Source: Candidatus Sungbacteria bacterium RIFCSPLOWO2_01_FULL_47_32 (GTDB lineage: Bacteria; Patescibacteriota; Minisyncoccia; Sungbacterales; GWA2-42-14). From it: a DNA stretch of 64,000 nucleotides. Positions 27,788 through 37,836 of this stretch are shown here, piece by piece. The DNA is taken from positions 13,881 through 77,880 of the forward strand of contig MHQP01000018.1 of the NCBI GenBank assembly GCA_001820685.1, given 5' to 3'. Made by a program: the position numbers and the translations under genes. The notes below the pieces were generated by a model, which was not told the DNA's origin, did no database searches, and saw only the letters and a program-made list of their open reading frames with translations. Within the stretch, counting starts at the first letter, position 1; each line of letters begins with the position of its first letter.

Positions 27788-28954
27788 ATGCCGGCATTCG
27801 CAAAAAAATTTTTAATAGCTCTTACGCTTCTTTTTGTTGCGCTTGGAACCTGGTATGCCGCGGAATTGCGTCCGAAACTTTCGTCCGTGACCCCTCATCC
27901 GTCCCATTCCGCTCCGATCTCTCCCACTCCACCACCCTCTGCTCCTGTTGGCAGCCCAACCTCTAAACTCGTTTTACCGCCGGAAAAGAGGGAAGTACCC
28001 ATACTCGCAAAAAAACGAGAAGTAAGCACTTCGACTCCGCTCCGCGCTCTTCCCGCTCTGAAGTCGGAACCGACGGGAGTTTTAACCAAAGACGGAGATA
28101 TTCGTTTTACGAACGAAGAACGCGCCAAGGCGAAGATTGCTTTGCTTTCAGAGTCGGAAATTCTTGACGGTGCTGCCGAAGAAAAAGTTGAGGATATGTT
28201 CGCGCGCCAGTATTTTGAACACGTCTCGCCCGCTGGTGTCGGTATGGCAAACCTTGTCGAAAAGGACGGCTACGATTATATCGCCGTCGGGGAAAATCTC
28301 GCTCTTGGAAATTTTTCCGATGATCATGCCCTTGTTCAGGCGTGGATGAACTCTCCCGGGCATCGGGCGAATATTTTAAACCCTCGTTACCGCGATATCG
28401 GAGTTGCCGTGCGGCACGGTGTGTTTGAAGGAAGAGAAGTGTGGCTTGCGGTGCAAGCCTTCGGAAAAAACGCTTCAGCGTGCCCCACAGTCGATAAAAC
28501 GGCGTCTTCAAGCATTACCCTCAAGCAATCCGAGCTTTCCATGCTTCAGCCAAAGCTTTCCACACTAAAAGAGGGGATTACGGCGCTCGGGACGACCCAA
28601 AAGGGAATTGTGGCAGAGATAGAAACGCTTGCGGCCCAGGGGAACGACCTGGTCAGCCGCGGAAACGCCAAGATTGAGAAAGGGAATGAGGTGTATCAGA
28701 CGAGCGGCTCCAAAGAAAAAGCGAGTTCGTATTGGAATGACGGCGAAAACTTGCAACATGAAGGACAGAAAATATTTGACCAGGTAAAACAAAGACAAAG
28801 TGATCTCGAAACTCTTTCCTCAAACATTGAAAAACTTATTAAATCATATAATATGCTCATTAGTGAAGCGTCTCTGGCATATCAGGCGGTATCTGACATG
28901 ACAAAGCGTTACAACGCGTCAGTGCAGGCTTTTAACGCCTGCTTGGATTCCTAA
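27788..28954 (+). CDS. CAP (SCP) domain protein with C-terminal coiled coil
   Basis: YFEHVSP, GENLA, WMNSPGHRANIL, IGVAV. N-terminal TM and a Pro-rich linker. Confidence 0.88.
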   Translation: MPAFAKKFLIALTLLFVALGTWYAAELRPKLSSVTPHPSHSAPISPTPPPSAPVGSPTSKLVLPPEKREVPILAKKREVSTSTPLRALPALKSEPTGVLTKDGDIRFTNEERAKAKIALLSESEILDGAAEEKVEDMFARQYFEHVSPAGVGMANLVEKDGYDYIAVGENLALGNFSDDHALVQAWMNSPGHRANILNPRYRDIGVAVRHGVFEGREVWLAVQAFGKNASACPTVDKTASSSITLKQSELSMLQPKLSTLKEGITALGTTQKGIVAEIETLAAQGNDLVSRGNAKIEKGNEVYQTSGSKEKASSYWNDGENLQHEGQKIFDQVKQRQSDLETLSSNIEKLIKSYNMLISEASLAYQAVSDMTKRYNASVQAFNACLDS

Positions 28955-28966
28955 ATATTAAACCAT

Positions 28967-29290
28967 ATGGAGGAAATATCTTTCGAAGAATTCAAAAGGG
29001 TTGAACTCCGGGTCGCGCGCATCCGCGAAGCGAGCCGCGTTGAGGGTTCGGAAAAGCTTTTGAAGCTTTCAGTTGAACTTGGCGCCGAAAAAAGACAGAT
29101 CATTGCCGGTATCGGCAAGGCATATTCTCCGGAGGAGATCATCGGGAAGGAAATAGTTGTCGTCGCAAACCTTGCGCCTCGTATGCTTATGGGCCATGAG
29201 TCTCAAGGAATGCTTCTCTGTGCGGATGCCGAGCTTCCTGTTTTGCTCGCGCCGTCCCGCGAGGTTTTGCCTGGAAGCAGTATTCTGTGA
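28967..29290 (+). CDS. tRNA-binding OB-fold protein (Trbp111/MetG C-terminal-like)
   Basis: ISFEEFKRVELRV, KLLKL, RQIIAGI, NLAPR, ESQGMLL. Confidence 0.9.
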   Translation: MEEISFEEFKRVELRVARIREASRVEGSEKLLKLSVELGAEKRQIIAGIGKAYSPEEIIGKEIVVVANLAPRMLMGHESQGMLLCADAELPVLLAPSREVLPGSSIL

Positions 29291-29297
29291 AAAATCC

Positions 29298-29573
29298 ATG
29301 GAAGCCCTTATTTCAATAAAAATTCCTGGCAGTATTTCCCGGATAGAGCTTGAAAAAAAACTGAAAAAAATTGCTCGCGCTGACACCACTTTGCTTGTCG
29401 AGGCGTGTGACGCTTACGGTCGCCGGATATTCATCGCTGGAGTCGGAAAACATATGGCAGAATTGCTGAAGGACCGTAAAACACTTTTCAGCCTTTCTCC
29501 GCCGTTACGTTGTTTCGATATCCGGGAGGTTATGCGTATGTATAAAAAATATGCGAAAAAAAAGCATCGATAA
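29298..29573 (+). CDS. Hypothetical protein
   Basis: Fills the operon gap between the flanking genes. ATG at 29298. Confidence 0.55.
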   Translation: MEALISIKIPGSISRIELEKKLKKIARADTTLLVEACDAYGRRIFIAGVGKHMAELLKDRKTLFSLSPPLRCFDIREVMRMYKKYAKKKHR

Positions 29574-29991
29574 AAACGAGATAGTAGCACGGGTCGTTGT
29601 CATAAGAAACGGCAGAATTCTCTTGTGCCGCCATAAAGGAAAGTTATACTTTTTTTTGCCGGGAGGGGAGGTTGAATTCGGAGAGCTTGCTAAAACGGCG
29701 GCAATCCGCGAAATGCGCGAGGAAACTGAAGGCATTTTCCATCCAAAACGGGTAATTGGCGCTGCTGAAAATATCTACGGCACAAGAGGTAACCGCCGCC
29801 ATGAGGTGAACGTTATATATGAAGGAACGCTTACGGGCAGCGGCATGTCCGTAGAATCGCACATTGAGTTCGTATGGGTGCCGCTTTTAAAATTCAAGAC
29901 TGCTTCGTTCATGCCAAAAACAATTAAAAAAGCCCTTTTGGCATGGTTTAAAAATAAAAAACCTTTCTGGGAAGAAGAAAATAATCTTTGA
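29551..29991 (+). CDS. NUDIX hydrolase
   Basis: Nudix box GGEVEFGELAKTAAIREMREETEG. Confidence 0.9.
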   Translation: MRKKSIDKNEIVARVVVIRNGRILLCRHKGKLYFFLPGGEVEFGELAKTAAIREMREETEGIFHPKRVIGAAENIYGTRGNRRHEVNVIYEGTLTGSGMSVESHIEFVWVPLLKFKTASFMPKTIKKALLAWFKNKKPFWEEENNL

Positions 29992-29992
29992 T

Positions 29993-31063
29993 ATGCGTCG
30001 CACTATGAAGAAAAAAAATGTGCTCGTTCTCATGGGCGGTCCCTCGCCTGAACATGATGTTTCTCTCAATACCGGCCGCGAAATACTTAAAGCTCTTGAC
30101 CGTAAAAAATATGTGGCGCACCCCGTAACCGTCACGAAAGAAGGGATGTGGCTTCTTTCGAACGCTGCGCGCGTTCATAATCAGGGAGGGCATTCGCTTA
30201 AAAAAAGAACTGCATTAACACTTCAACCTGCTCATAATAAAAATTCTTTTCCGATAAAAAATATCGATGTTGCGTTCATTGCAATGCACGGACGCTTCGG
30301 CGAGGATGGCACCGTGCAGGCTCTTCTCGAGACATTCGGAATCCCTTACACGGGCTCCGGAGTTCTTGCAAGCGCTCTTGGGATGGATAAACCCCGCTCG
30401 CTTTTGATATTCCGGCAGGCCGGCCTTTCAGCTCCTGACTTTTGCGTGTTTTCCAAGGATGACTGGAAAAAAAGAAGATCGGCCGTGCTTTCAAAAATTT
30501 TGAGAAGCTTTCGGTTTCCATTTATCACAAAACCGGCCGATGCGGGTTCGAGTGTCGGAGTTGCTATTATAAAGAAAAAGAGCGAATTACGGCATGCCAT
30601 TTTGTCCGCTTTCCGCCACTCAAATACGATCATGGCGCAGGTATTCGTAAAAGGAAAGGAACTTACCTGCGGAGTTCTTGAAAATAGGAACGGAGAGCTT
30701 GAAGCGCTTATGCCAACCGAAATTATTCCGAGGGCTGGTGTTTTTTATGATTACTCTTCGAAATACGGCGATGGGGGAAGCACCCATCTTATCCCGCCGA
30801 AAAATATGTCTCCGTCCGTCATCGGCAGAATACAAGCGGCGGCATGCATTGCCCACCGGGCCCTCGGATGCAGAGGTTTTTCTCGTACCGATTTTATTCT
30901 TGCTTCCAACGGAACTCTTTTCGTGCTCGAGTTAAACACCATTCCTGGCATGACGCAAACAAGCCTCTTGCCCGAAGCGGCTAAAGCTGCCGGCATTTCA
31001 TTTACCGCACTTCTTGACCGAATCCTTGAGACTGCGGAAAAGAAAGGAAAACAAGGCGTTTAA
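29993..31063 (+). CDS. ddl: D-alanine--D-alanine ligase
   Basis: GGPSPEHDVS, HGRFGEDG, MDK, GSSVG, FYDYSSKY, ELNTIPGMT. Confidence 0.96.
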   Translation: MRRTMKKKNVLVLMGGPSPEHDVSLNTGREILKALDRKKYVAHPVTVTKEGMWLLSNAARVHNQGGHSLKKRTALTLQPAHNKNSFPIKNIDVAFIAMHGRFGEDGTVQALLETFGIPYTGSGVLASALGMDKPRSLLIFRQAGLSAPDFCVFSKDDWKKRRSAVLSKILRSFRFPFITKPADAGSSVGVAIIKKKSELRHAILSAFRHSNTIMAQVFVKGKELTCGVLENRNGELEALMPTEIIPRAGVFYDYSSKYGDGGSTHLIPPKNMSPSVIGRIQAAACIAHRALGCRGFSRTDFILASNGTLFVLELNTIPGMTQTSLLPEAAKAAGISFTALLDRILETAEKKGKQGV

Positions 31064-31180
31064 TCCATTTTTTAAAATTGCTTGGAAAGCCCATAATTTT
31101 GGCTTTTTTTTGTCTTTACATCTGGCTTTTGCAGTTTTTCCACATAGTATATCAGGCCCTGTTTCTGATATACTGTATGC

Positions 31181-32785
31181 ATGTTCGACTCTCGCATTAT
31201 AGCCCTTGGGGTCATATCATTCGTCATGCTGTGGTTTGCCGCCATGACGTACCAAAGAGATAGAAAGAACCTTGCGTTCGCTTTTCTTTTAAGTTCAATC
31301 GGCCTTTGGGCGCTTGTTATCGGCGGTCTTTTTCTTTCGAGCGAAGGATATTCAAGCGACTTTTTAGGGCGCTTGAGCTACGTTTTTGGGAGCTCAATCG
31401 CGGTGCTTTTTTGCCTTTTTGCGCTTCGCCACACAGGAAAGAAGCTCGACGTCGCAGGATATTTTATTCTTTTCTTTCCGTTAGCGCTCATCATCCTGCT
31501 TGACCTTTTCACAAATTTTTTCATACGAGATGTTTTTGTTGTTGGAGAGGCAAGGGGTTTCCTATATGGCGACCTTCGGTTCTTTCTTGATGCCCACTTT
31601 GTGCTTTATTTTGGGGCAGGTTTTTTCTTTTTCACCCGCTATATTCAAAAGGAAACCGAGCCCGCAAAAAAACAGCAGTACCTGTTTATTACCGCAGGGA
31701 CGATTGTTGGGGTGGCACTCTCTGCCGCGACGAATATCATTCTTCCGCTCTACGGCAGATTTGATCTTCTCTGGGCCGGTCCGGTCGGAGCCGGCGTATG
31801 GGCGTCAATTCTTGCGTATTCCGTTCTGCGTGATGACCTTGTAAATATCCGCGTCATCACAACCCAGATGTTCGTCAGCGTTTTCCTGCTTATTTACTTC
31901 ATCCATATTTTTGAGTTCCATACTTCCGAACAGCTTGCGCTCAACCTCTTCATTTTTGGCATTACCGCTGCTCTCGGCTTTTTCCTCATGCAAAGCGTGA
32001 TACACGAGGTCAGACAGCGTGAAGACCTTTTGGCGTTAAGCGCGAAGCTGCAGCACGCGAACGATGACCTCAAAAAACTCGACGAATCGAAGTCGGAATT
32101 TATCACAATCGCCTCCCATCAGATGCGGACACCCCTCTCAACAAGCAAGGGGTACATTTCCATCCTCATGGAGGGAACATTCGGAAAACTTTCCGCAGGG
32201 CAAATCGAGGCGCTTCATAAAATTTATGTTACGAATGAGCGTCTTATCAAGCTTATTGACGACCTTCTTTCGCTTTCACGCATTGAAGCCGGGAAAATAT
32301 TGTATGATTTCAAGAGGACCGATCTTGTTCAAGCCGTAAAGGAAGTTGTCGAAGAATCCGCCCCCATTACCGAAAAAAAACACCTTCGCATTATTGTAAC
32401 CATGCCGTCGTTTCCGGCCCCCTATGTGCTGGCGGATGTGGATAAAATACACCAAGTTATCCTGAATCTTCTTGACAACGCCCTCCGCTACACCGACCGA
32501 GGAGGCGCCGAGATACGATTTTATCAGACAAATATTGACGAAAAACCCTATTTGGGTATGATAGTTGAGGATAGCGGACGCGGCATCGACCCGGAAGATC
32601 TGGCTCATTTATTCACAAAATTTACCCGTTCCGAACGCACACGGAAGCTCTATACCGAGGGCTCCGGTCTCGGGCTGTATGTGGCAAAAAAGGTCATCGA
32701 AGACCATAATGGCAGGATTTATGCAACATCTGGCGGAGTCGGGAAAGGAAGCTCATTTTTTGTCGAGTTGCCCATCGTAGAATAA
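31181..32785 (+). CDS. Multi-TM sensor histidine kinase
   Basis: About 9 N-terminal TM segments, H-box ASHQMRTP, N-box NLLDNALRY, DSGRGI, GSGLGL. Confidence 0.93.
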   Translation: MFDSRIIALGVISFVMLWFAAMTYQRDRKNLAFAFLLSSIGLWALVIGGLFLSSEGYSSDFLGRLSYVFGSSIAVLFCLFALRHTGKKLDVAGYFILFFPLALIILLDLFTNFFIRDVFVVGEARGFLYGDLRFFLDAHFVLYFGAGFFFFTRYIQKETEPAKKQQYLFITAGTIVGVALSAATNIILPLYGRFDLLWAGPVGAGVWASILAYSVLRDDLVNIRVITTQMFVSVFLLIYFIHIFEFHTSEQLALNLFIFGITAALGFFLMQSVIHEVRQREDLLALSAKLQHANDDLKKLDESKSEFITIASHQMRTPLSTSKGYISILMEGTFGKLSAGQIEALHKIYVTNERLIKLIDDLLSLSRIEAGKILYDFKRTDLVQAVKEVVEESAPITEKKHLRIIVTMPSFPAPYVLADVDKIHQVILNLLDNALRYTDRGGAEIRFYQTNIDEKPYLGMIVEDSGRGIDPEDLAHLFTKFTRSERTRKLYTEGSGLGLYVAKKVIEDHNGRIYATSGGVGKGSSFFVELPIVE

Positions 32786-32791
32786 TTGCAG

Positions 32792-32866
32792 TGCAAATAA
32801 TGCGAATTACATGCGAACGCCGCGAGTGAAGTATTTGTAGCATTCGCGCTCATTCGTAGATTTGCA
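32792..32866. repeat. Palindromic array of 4+4 heptamers (YGCRAAT / ATTYGYR)
   Basis: tgcaaat, tgcgaat, tgcgaac, cgcgagt, then atttgta, attcgcg, attcgta, atttgca, followed by T7. Confidence 0.7.
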
Positions 32867-32873
32867 TTTTTTT

Positions 32874-34259
32874 ATGGAACGAACTCTTATCAAAGATACG
32901 CCGCGCTCCGCAAGCAGCACTGTTCTCGTAAAAGGCTGGGTCCATGCGCGGCGCGATCACGGAAAAATAATCTTCATCGACCTTCGAGACCGAACCGGTT
33001 TTTTGCAAATTGTTTTTATTCCAAAAAATAAGGACGTCTATGATATCGCAACTACTCTCCGGTCGGAATGGGTAATAGAAATATCAGGAACAGTCGGGAT
33101 GCGACCGAAGGGCATGGAAAATCCTGAACTTGAAACAGGGACCGTTGAAATGCTTGCCGAAAACATCACGGTTCTCAACGAGGCAAAAACGCCGCCGTTT
33201 GCCCTTGATACCTCGGGGCTGGAAATAGGGGAGGAGCATCGGCTTACGTACCGGTATCTTGACTTGAGGCGGGCGCGCATGCAGAAAAACCTTAGGCTTC
33301 GCCATAAAGTTGTTCTTTTTTTTCGAAACTATCTTTCACACCTCGGTTTTGTCGAGGTTGAAACTCCCATTCTTACGAAAGGAACGCCCGAAGGCGCGAG
33401 AGAATTTCTCGTACCATCTCGGCTTCACCCAAAAAATTTTTATGTTCTCCCGCAATCCCCGCAGCAGTTCAAACAGCTTCTCATGGTCGCTGGGCTTGAA
33501 CGCTATTTTCAGATCGCACGCGCGTTCCGTGATGAAGACCAGCGGGGCGACCGCCAGCCGGAATTTACCCAGCTTGATATTGAGATGAGTTTTATAACAC
33601 AGGAAGACATTCTCAAGCTCGGGGAGGAACTCATGACAGAAATGGTAAAAGCAATTTGTCCCGATAAGACCATAACTGAAGTGCCGTGGCCTCGTCTTAC
33701 ATATAAAGAGACTCTTGAAAAATACGGAACGGATAAGCCAGACCTGCGCAAAAACAGGAACAACCCGAATGAACTCGCGTTCGCCTGGGTAGTGGACTTT
33801 CCGATGTTTGAAAAACTCGAAGACGGCTCTATCGGCGCGATGCACCATCCGTTTACTACACCCAATCCGGACGACATTAAGTTTCTTGATTCGGACCCGG
33901 AGAAAGCGCGGGCATGGGCATACGATATCGTTTTGAACGGATATGAAATTTCTTCGGGAAGCATCCGGATCCATACGCGGGACCTTCAAAAGCGCATCTT
34001 CCAAATCCTCGGTCTCAAAGACGCTGAAATTCAGGAGAAATTCGGCCATATGCTTGAAGCATTTGAATACGGTGCGCCTCCGCATGGCGGTTTTGCGCCC
34101 GGACTCGACCGCATTGTTATGATACTTGCAGGCGAGCCGAACATCCGGGAAGTCATGGCATTTCCAAAAACAGGGGATGCGCGCGACCTTATGATGGGCG
34201 CCCCTTCGCCGGTTGATGCGAAAAGCCTCAAAGAAGCTCATATTAGACTTGGTGAATAA
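32874..34259 (+). CDS. aspS: Aspartate--tRNA ligase, short form without GAD insertion domain
   Basis: RRDHGKIIFIDLRD, RYLDLRR, LPQSPQQFKQ, FRDED, HHPFT, GAPPHGG. About 461 aa. Confidence 0.96.
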   Translation: MERTLIKDTPRSASSTVLVKGWVHARRDHGKIIFIDLRDRTGFLQIVFIPKNKDVYDIATTLRSEWVIEISGTVGMRPKGMENPELETGTVEMLAENITVLNEAKTPPFALDTSGLEIGEEHRLTYRYLDLRRARMQKNLRLRHKVVLFFRNYLSHLGFVEVETPILTKGTPEGAREFLVPSRLHPKNFYVLPQSPQQFKQLLMVAGLERYFQIARAFRDEDQRGDRQPEFTQLDIEMSFITQEDILKLGEELMTEMVKAICPDKTITEVPWPRLTYKETLEKYGTDKPDLRKNRNNPNELAFAWVVDFPMFEKLEDGSIGAMHHPFTTPNPDDIKFLDSDPEKARAWAYDIVLNGYEISSGSIRIHTRDLQKRIFQILGLKDAEIQEKFGHMLEAFEYGAPPHGGFAPGLDRIVMILAGEPNIREVMAFPKTGDARDLMMGAPSPVDAKSLKEAHIRLGE

Positions 34260-34262
34260 TAT

Positions 34263-34964
34263 ATGGCGTTCACGGTGAAGCAGGAACAATTCGAGGGTCC
34301 GCTTGATATTTTGCTCGAGTTTATCGAGAAGGAGAAGCTTTCCATAAATCAGATATCGCTTGCTTCTGTCGCAGATGAGTACGTCCGATTCGTAAAAACA
34401 CTTACCGCTATCGACCGCGAAGAACTTGCCGAGTTCCTTGTTGTTGCGGCCCAGCTCGTTTTGATAAAGTCTCGTTCGCTCCTTCCTAACACAGCCCTTT
34501 CGGAAGAAGAGGAGGTTTCCATTGAAGAGCTCGAACGAAGGCTTGCGGAACATAAGCGCCTAAAAGAGCTTTCTCAAAGTCTGCAGGGCCTTGCCGGAGC
34601 AAACAGGCACATGTATACGCGCGAATTTTACAGCGGTTTCGAATCGGTATTCTATCCGCCTAAAAAAGTTACTGCCGGCCTTTTGAAGAAGGTATTTAAC
34701 GAGATACTGCAGGCTATTCCAAAAATAGAGAAACTTGCGGAAGAAAAAATTAAGAAGATTATAACGCTGGAAGAAAAGATAGGCGACCTCAAAAGAATCC
34801 TCGAGAATAAAGTTGAACGGATATTTTCCGATATTGTATCGAAAAGTTCCGACAAAATCGAGATCATTGTAAGTTTTCTTGCGATACTCGAACTTGCGCG
34901 CCAGCAGATTGTGTCACTTGATCAGGAAACTCTTTTTGGGGATATTAAAATTAAAAAAGATTAG
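34263..34964 (+). CDS. scpA: Segregation and condensation protein A
   Basis: FEGPLDILL, IKSRSLLP, SFLAILEL. Confidence 0.94.
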   Translation: MAFTVKQEQFEGPLDILLEFIEKEKLSINQISLASVADEYVRFVKTLTAIDREELAEFLVVAAQLVLIKSRSLLPNTALSEEEEVSIEELERRLAEHKRLKELSQSLQGLAGANRHMYTREFYSGFESVFYPPKKVTAGLLKKVFNEILQAIPKIEKLAEEKIKKIITLEEKIGDLKRILENKVERIFSDIVSKSSDKIEIIVSFLAILELARQQIVSLDQETLFGDIKIKKD

Positions 34965-34978
34965 AGACCGCGCCGGCC

Positions 34979-35728
34979 ATGCCAAATTTGAAAAGTAAAA
35001 TCGAATCAATCCTTTTTGTTTCCGGAGAAGCACTTGCTCCGAAAAAAATTGCGCGCGTTCTCGGCGAGTCAACAGAGGCCGTCCTCGAAGCTCTGAAAGA
35101 ATTGAAAAAGGACTACGAAGGGCGCGGATTTGTTATGCTCGAGAACGGCAACGAGTGGCAGATAGGCACGGCACCAGAAAATTCCGCCGTCGTTGAAGAG
35201 CTTGTGAAATCAGAATTTACGGAAGACCTTACCCGCGCGACACTCGAAACCCTCACTATTATCGCCTATAAGGGTCCGGCCACCCGCGCCCAAGTAGAAT
35301 TTGTTCGAGGTGTAAATTCTTCATTTACAATCCGCAATCTCATGGTGCGCGGCCTTATTGAACGCATTGATAACCCAAAGGACTCCAGGTCGTATCTTTA
35401 CCGGACAAGTTTTGATTTTCTGAAATTTCTCGGTCTTTCATCCGTTAAAGACCTGCCTTCCTATGATGAATTCCGGATACGTGCCGACGAGGTTCTGGCA
35501 GAAACGGTTCCGGAAATAGCCGCAACATTGACAGCGGAAGAGTTACCGGCTTCCCGGGCAAAAGCGCCGACACCCCATGAAACTGCTTTGGCGGCTGATG
35601 ATGAATTTTTGCCGGACGATGGAAATGATGATGACCTTGACGAAGAGGACGACGAAAATGCGGAGGAAGATGCCGGCGGCGATGAGAATGAGAGCAACAA
35701 GAGAGAAGAAGACGACGACGCCGCATAA
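34979..35728 (+). CDS. scpB: Segregation and condensation protein B with acidic C-terminal tail
   Basis: IESILFVSGE, LETLTIIAYKGP, RGVNS, FLKFLGL. Confidence 0.94.
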   Translation: MPNLKSKIESILFVSGEALAPKKIARVLGESTEAVLEALKELKKDYEGRGFVMLENGNEWQIGTAPENSAVVEELVKSEFTEDLTRATLETLTIIAYKGPATRAQVEFVRGVNSSFTIRNLMVRGLIERIDNPKDSRSYLYRTSFDFLKFLGLSSVKDLPSYDEFRIRADEVLAETVPEIAATLTAEELPASRAKAPTPHETALAADDEFLPDDGNDDDLDEEDDENAEEDAGGDENESNKREEDDDAA

Positions 35729-35748
35729 TAAGCGTTTGTAAATACGTA

Positions 35749-36705
35749 ATGTACACCGGCGAAATATTTCAAAAGCATGTTTTAACGCTTTCAGCCCTTA
35801 TTGGAGCCGCTCTTTTTGCTTCTCTTTTTGCGGCACGCTTGCCCTCAACCAACGAAACGGCGAACGCGAATGAGGCTCTTTCCGAAGAAGAAATCCTTCA
35901 AAAACCAGACGCTCCGGTTCCTCCCACGCTTTCCGCGTTTGCCATATTTATTATGCGCGAAAAAACAGGGCAGGTGTTCTTTTCAAAAAACGAGACAAAT
36001 CCGCTTCCTATCGCAAGCATTACGAAGCTCATGACCGCAAGCCTGGCTCTTGAATATTTAGACCTGTTTGACCGGGTCCTTCTCACGGCAGATGCAAGAA
36101 AAAATTATGATACAGGAGAAAAACTAAGCAAGGTTCCGGCCGGGGAAACATTTAAAATGGAAGACGCTCTGAAGCTTGCTGTTATAAGTTCGGATAACGA
36201 CATTGCGCGAGCCCTCGCTGAAGCTGCAGTTGCTAAAGCACGCCCCGAACTTTTTTCATCGCCATTTGCGGAACGAATGCGGATGTTCACAGAACTTATG
36301 AACCGGAAACGCGAAGAAATCGGCATGGCCGACTCGCATTTTGACAACCCGACCGGTATCGACTCTTCCGAAAATTATTCAACAGCACGCGACCTTGGCC
36401 GCCTTGCATCATTTATTTACCGCACCCATCCGCGCATATGGGACGTCTCCCGCATTGCAAAAACCGATGTGTTTTCTGTCGGCGGTAATCGGTATGAGGC
36501 GATCACGACAAATCCTTTGCTTGAAGAATTTCCCGACATCGTCGGAACAAAGACCGGCTCAACCGATGGAGCAAAAGAGTCTCTCGTGCTTGTGTATAAT
36601 GTTAAAACAGGAGAGCCGATTGTTATAGTCGTCCTTCGATCTGATAACCGCCTAAGGGATGCGCGGACACTCATCGACTGGCTTCAGAACGCGTATAAAT
36701 TTTAA
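35749..36705 (+). CDS. D-alanyl-D-alanine carboxypeptidase (peptidase S11)
   Basis: SxxK (ASITKLMT), SDN, NPTG, KTG. N-terminal anchor. Confidence 0.9.
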   Translation: MYTGEIFQKHVLTLSALIGAALFASLFAARLPSTNETANANEALSEEEILQKPDAPVPPTLSAFAIFIMREKTGQVFFSKNETNPLPIASITKLMTASLALEYLDLFDRVLLTADARKNYDTGEKLSKVPAGETFKMEDALKLAVISSDNDIARALAEAAVAKARPELFSSPFAERMRMFTELMNRKREEIGMADSHFDNPTGIDSSENYSTARDLGRLASFIYRTHPRIWDVSRIAKTDVFSVGGNRYEAITTNPLLEEFPDIVGTKTGSTDGAKESLVLVYNVKTGEPIVIVVLRSDNRLRDARTLIDWLQNAYKF

Positions 36706-36759
36706 TTCTTCAAAATCGTAAAGCAGACAAACTCTGCTTGTATTTTTTAAAGCAATCAC

Positions 36760-37836
36760 ATGCCTCTTCAATCGGCAGAGCTCACGGCAAATGTAATAAA
36801 AGTATTCGGGCTTGCCGCCTTAAGCTTTGTTGTTGCGTTTTTCCTGACGCCGTTCCTTACGCATTTCATGTATACGTATAAGCTCTGGCGGAAAGACGTA
36901 CGCCAAACTTCTCCTGACGGAACAAAAACTCCGCTTTTCGCGGCTCTTCATAAGGACCGCGAGGTACGCGTTCCGCGTTTCGGCGGCGTTCTCGTTTGGC
37001 TCACAACGCTTATCCTTGCGCTTTCTTTTTGGTTCCTTGCAAAAATAACCGGGAACGCCGTGTTCGGCAAAATAAATTTTCTTTCACGAGAGCAGACATG
37101 GCTTCCGTTGTTTGTCCTGCTTGCTTCTTCACTTCTCGGCCTTGCAGATGATTTTTTACAGGTATTCCGGAGAGGCACGTATGTTGCCGGAGGGCTAAAA
37201 TTCAAACAAAGACTTTTTATTGTTTTTCTTATCGCACTTGTCGGAGCGTTGTGGTTTTACTTTAAGCTCGACTGGCGTACGATTTATGTTCCGGGATACG
37301 GGGACCTTTATATCGACGGCTGGTACATTCCTCTTTTTATCGCAACGATGATACTTCTTTTTTCATCCGGAATTGTCGATGGCATTGATGGGCTTTCCGG
37401 AGGGGTCTTCGCGTCCATCTTTGGAGCGTATGCCGGAATCGCTTTTTTTCTCGGTCAGATAAATATTGCGGCATTTGCCGCGGTCATTCTCGGTTCTCTT
37501 CTTGCGTTTTTATGGTTTAATATTCCTCCTGCGCGGTTTTATATGGGGGAGTCGGGGATACTCGGACTTACGACCTCTCTTACCGTCATTGCATTCCTTA
37601 CGGATTCGGCGGTTGTTCTTCCGATCATCGCGTTTGTGCTTATGGTTGAAGTCATTTCCGACGTTTTGCAATTCGCATCAAAGAGATTCCGTGGTAAAAA
37701 GATATTTCTCATTGCTCCTATCCATCATCATTTTGAAGCAAAAGGGTGGCCGCCTTATAAAGTTACGATGAGGTTTTGGATAGTCAGCTTTGTGTCGGCA
37801 ATCATTGGAATGGTTATTGCCCTGATAGGGCGTTAG
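36760..37836 (+). CDS. mraY: Phospho-N-acetylmuramoyl-pentapeptide transferase
   Basis: GLADD, DGIDGL, WFNIPPARFYMGE, APIHHHFE, MRFW. Confidence 0.93.
   Translation: MPLQSAELTANVIKVFGLAALSFVVAFFLTPFLTHFMYTYKLWRKDVRQTSPDGTKTPLFAALHKDREVRVPRFGGVLVWLTTLILALSFWFLAKITGNAVFGKINFLSREQTWLPLFVLLASSLLGLADDFLQVFRRGTYVAGGLKFKQRLFIVFLIALVGALWFYFKLDWRTIYVPGYGDLYIDGWYIPLFIATMILLFSSGIVDGIDGLSGGVFASIFGAYAGIAFFLGQINIAAFAAVILGSLLAFLWFNIPPARFYMGESGILGLTTSLTVIAFLTDSAVVLPIIAFVLMVEVISDVLQFASKRFRGKKIFLIAPIHHHFEAKGWPPYKVTMRFWIVSFVSAIIGMVIALIGR

Noticed and set aside
33336-34553. 405-aa antisense ORF over aspS/scpA, and other long antisense ORFs
   Set aside because: These are shadow frames of well-conserved genes and have no motifs of their own.
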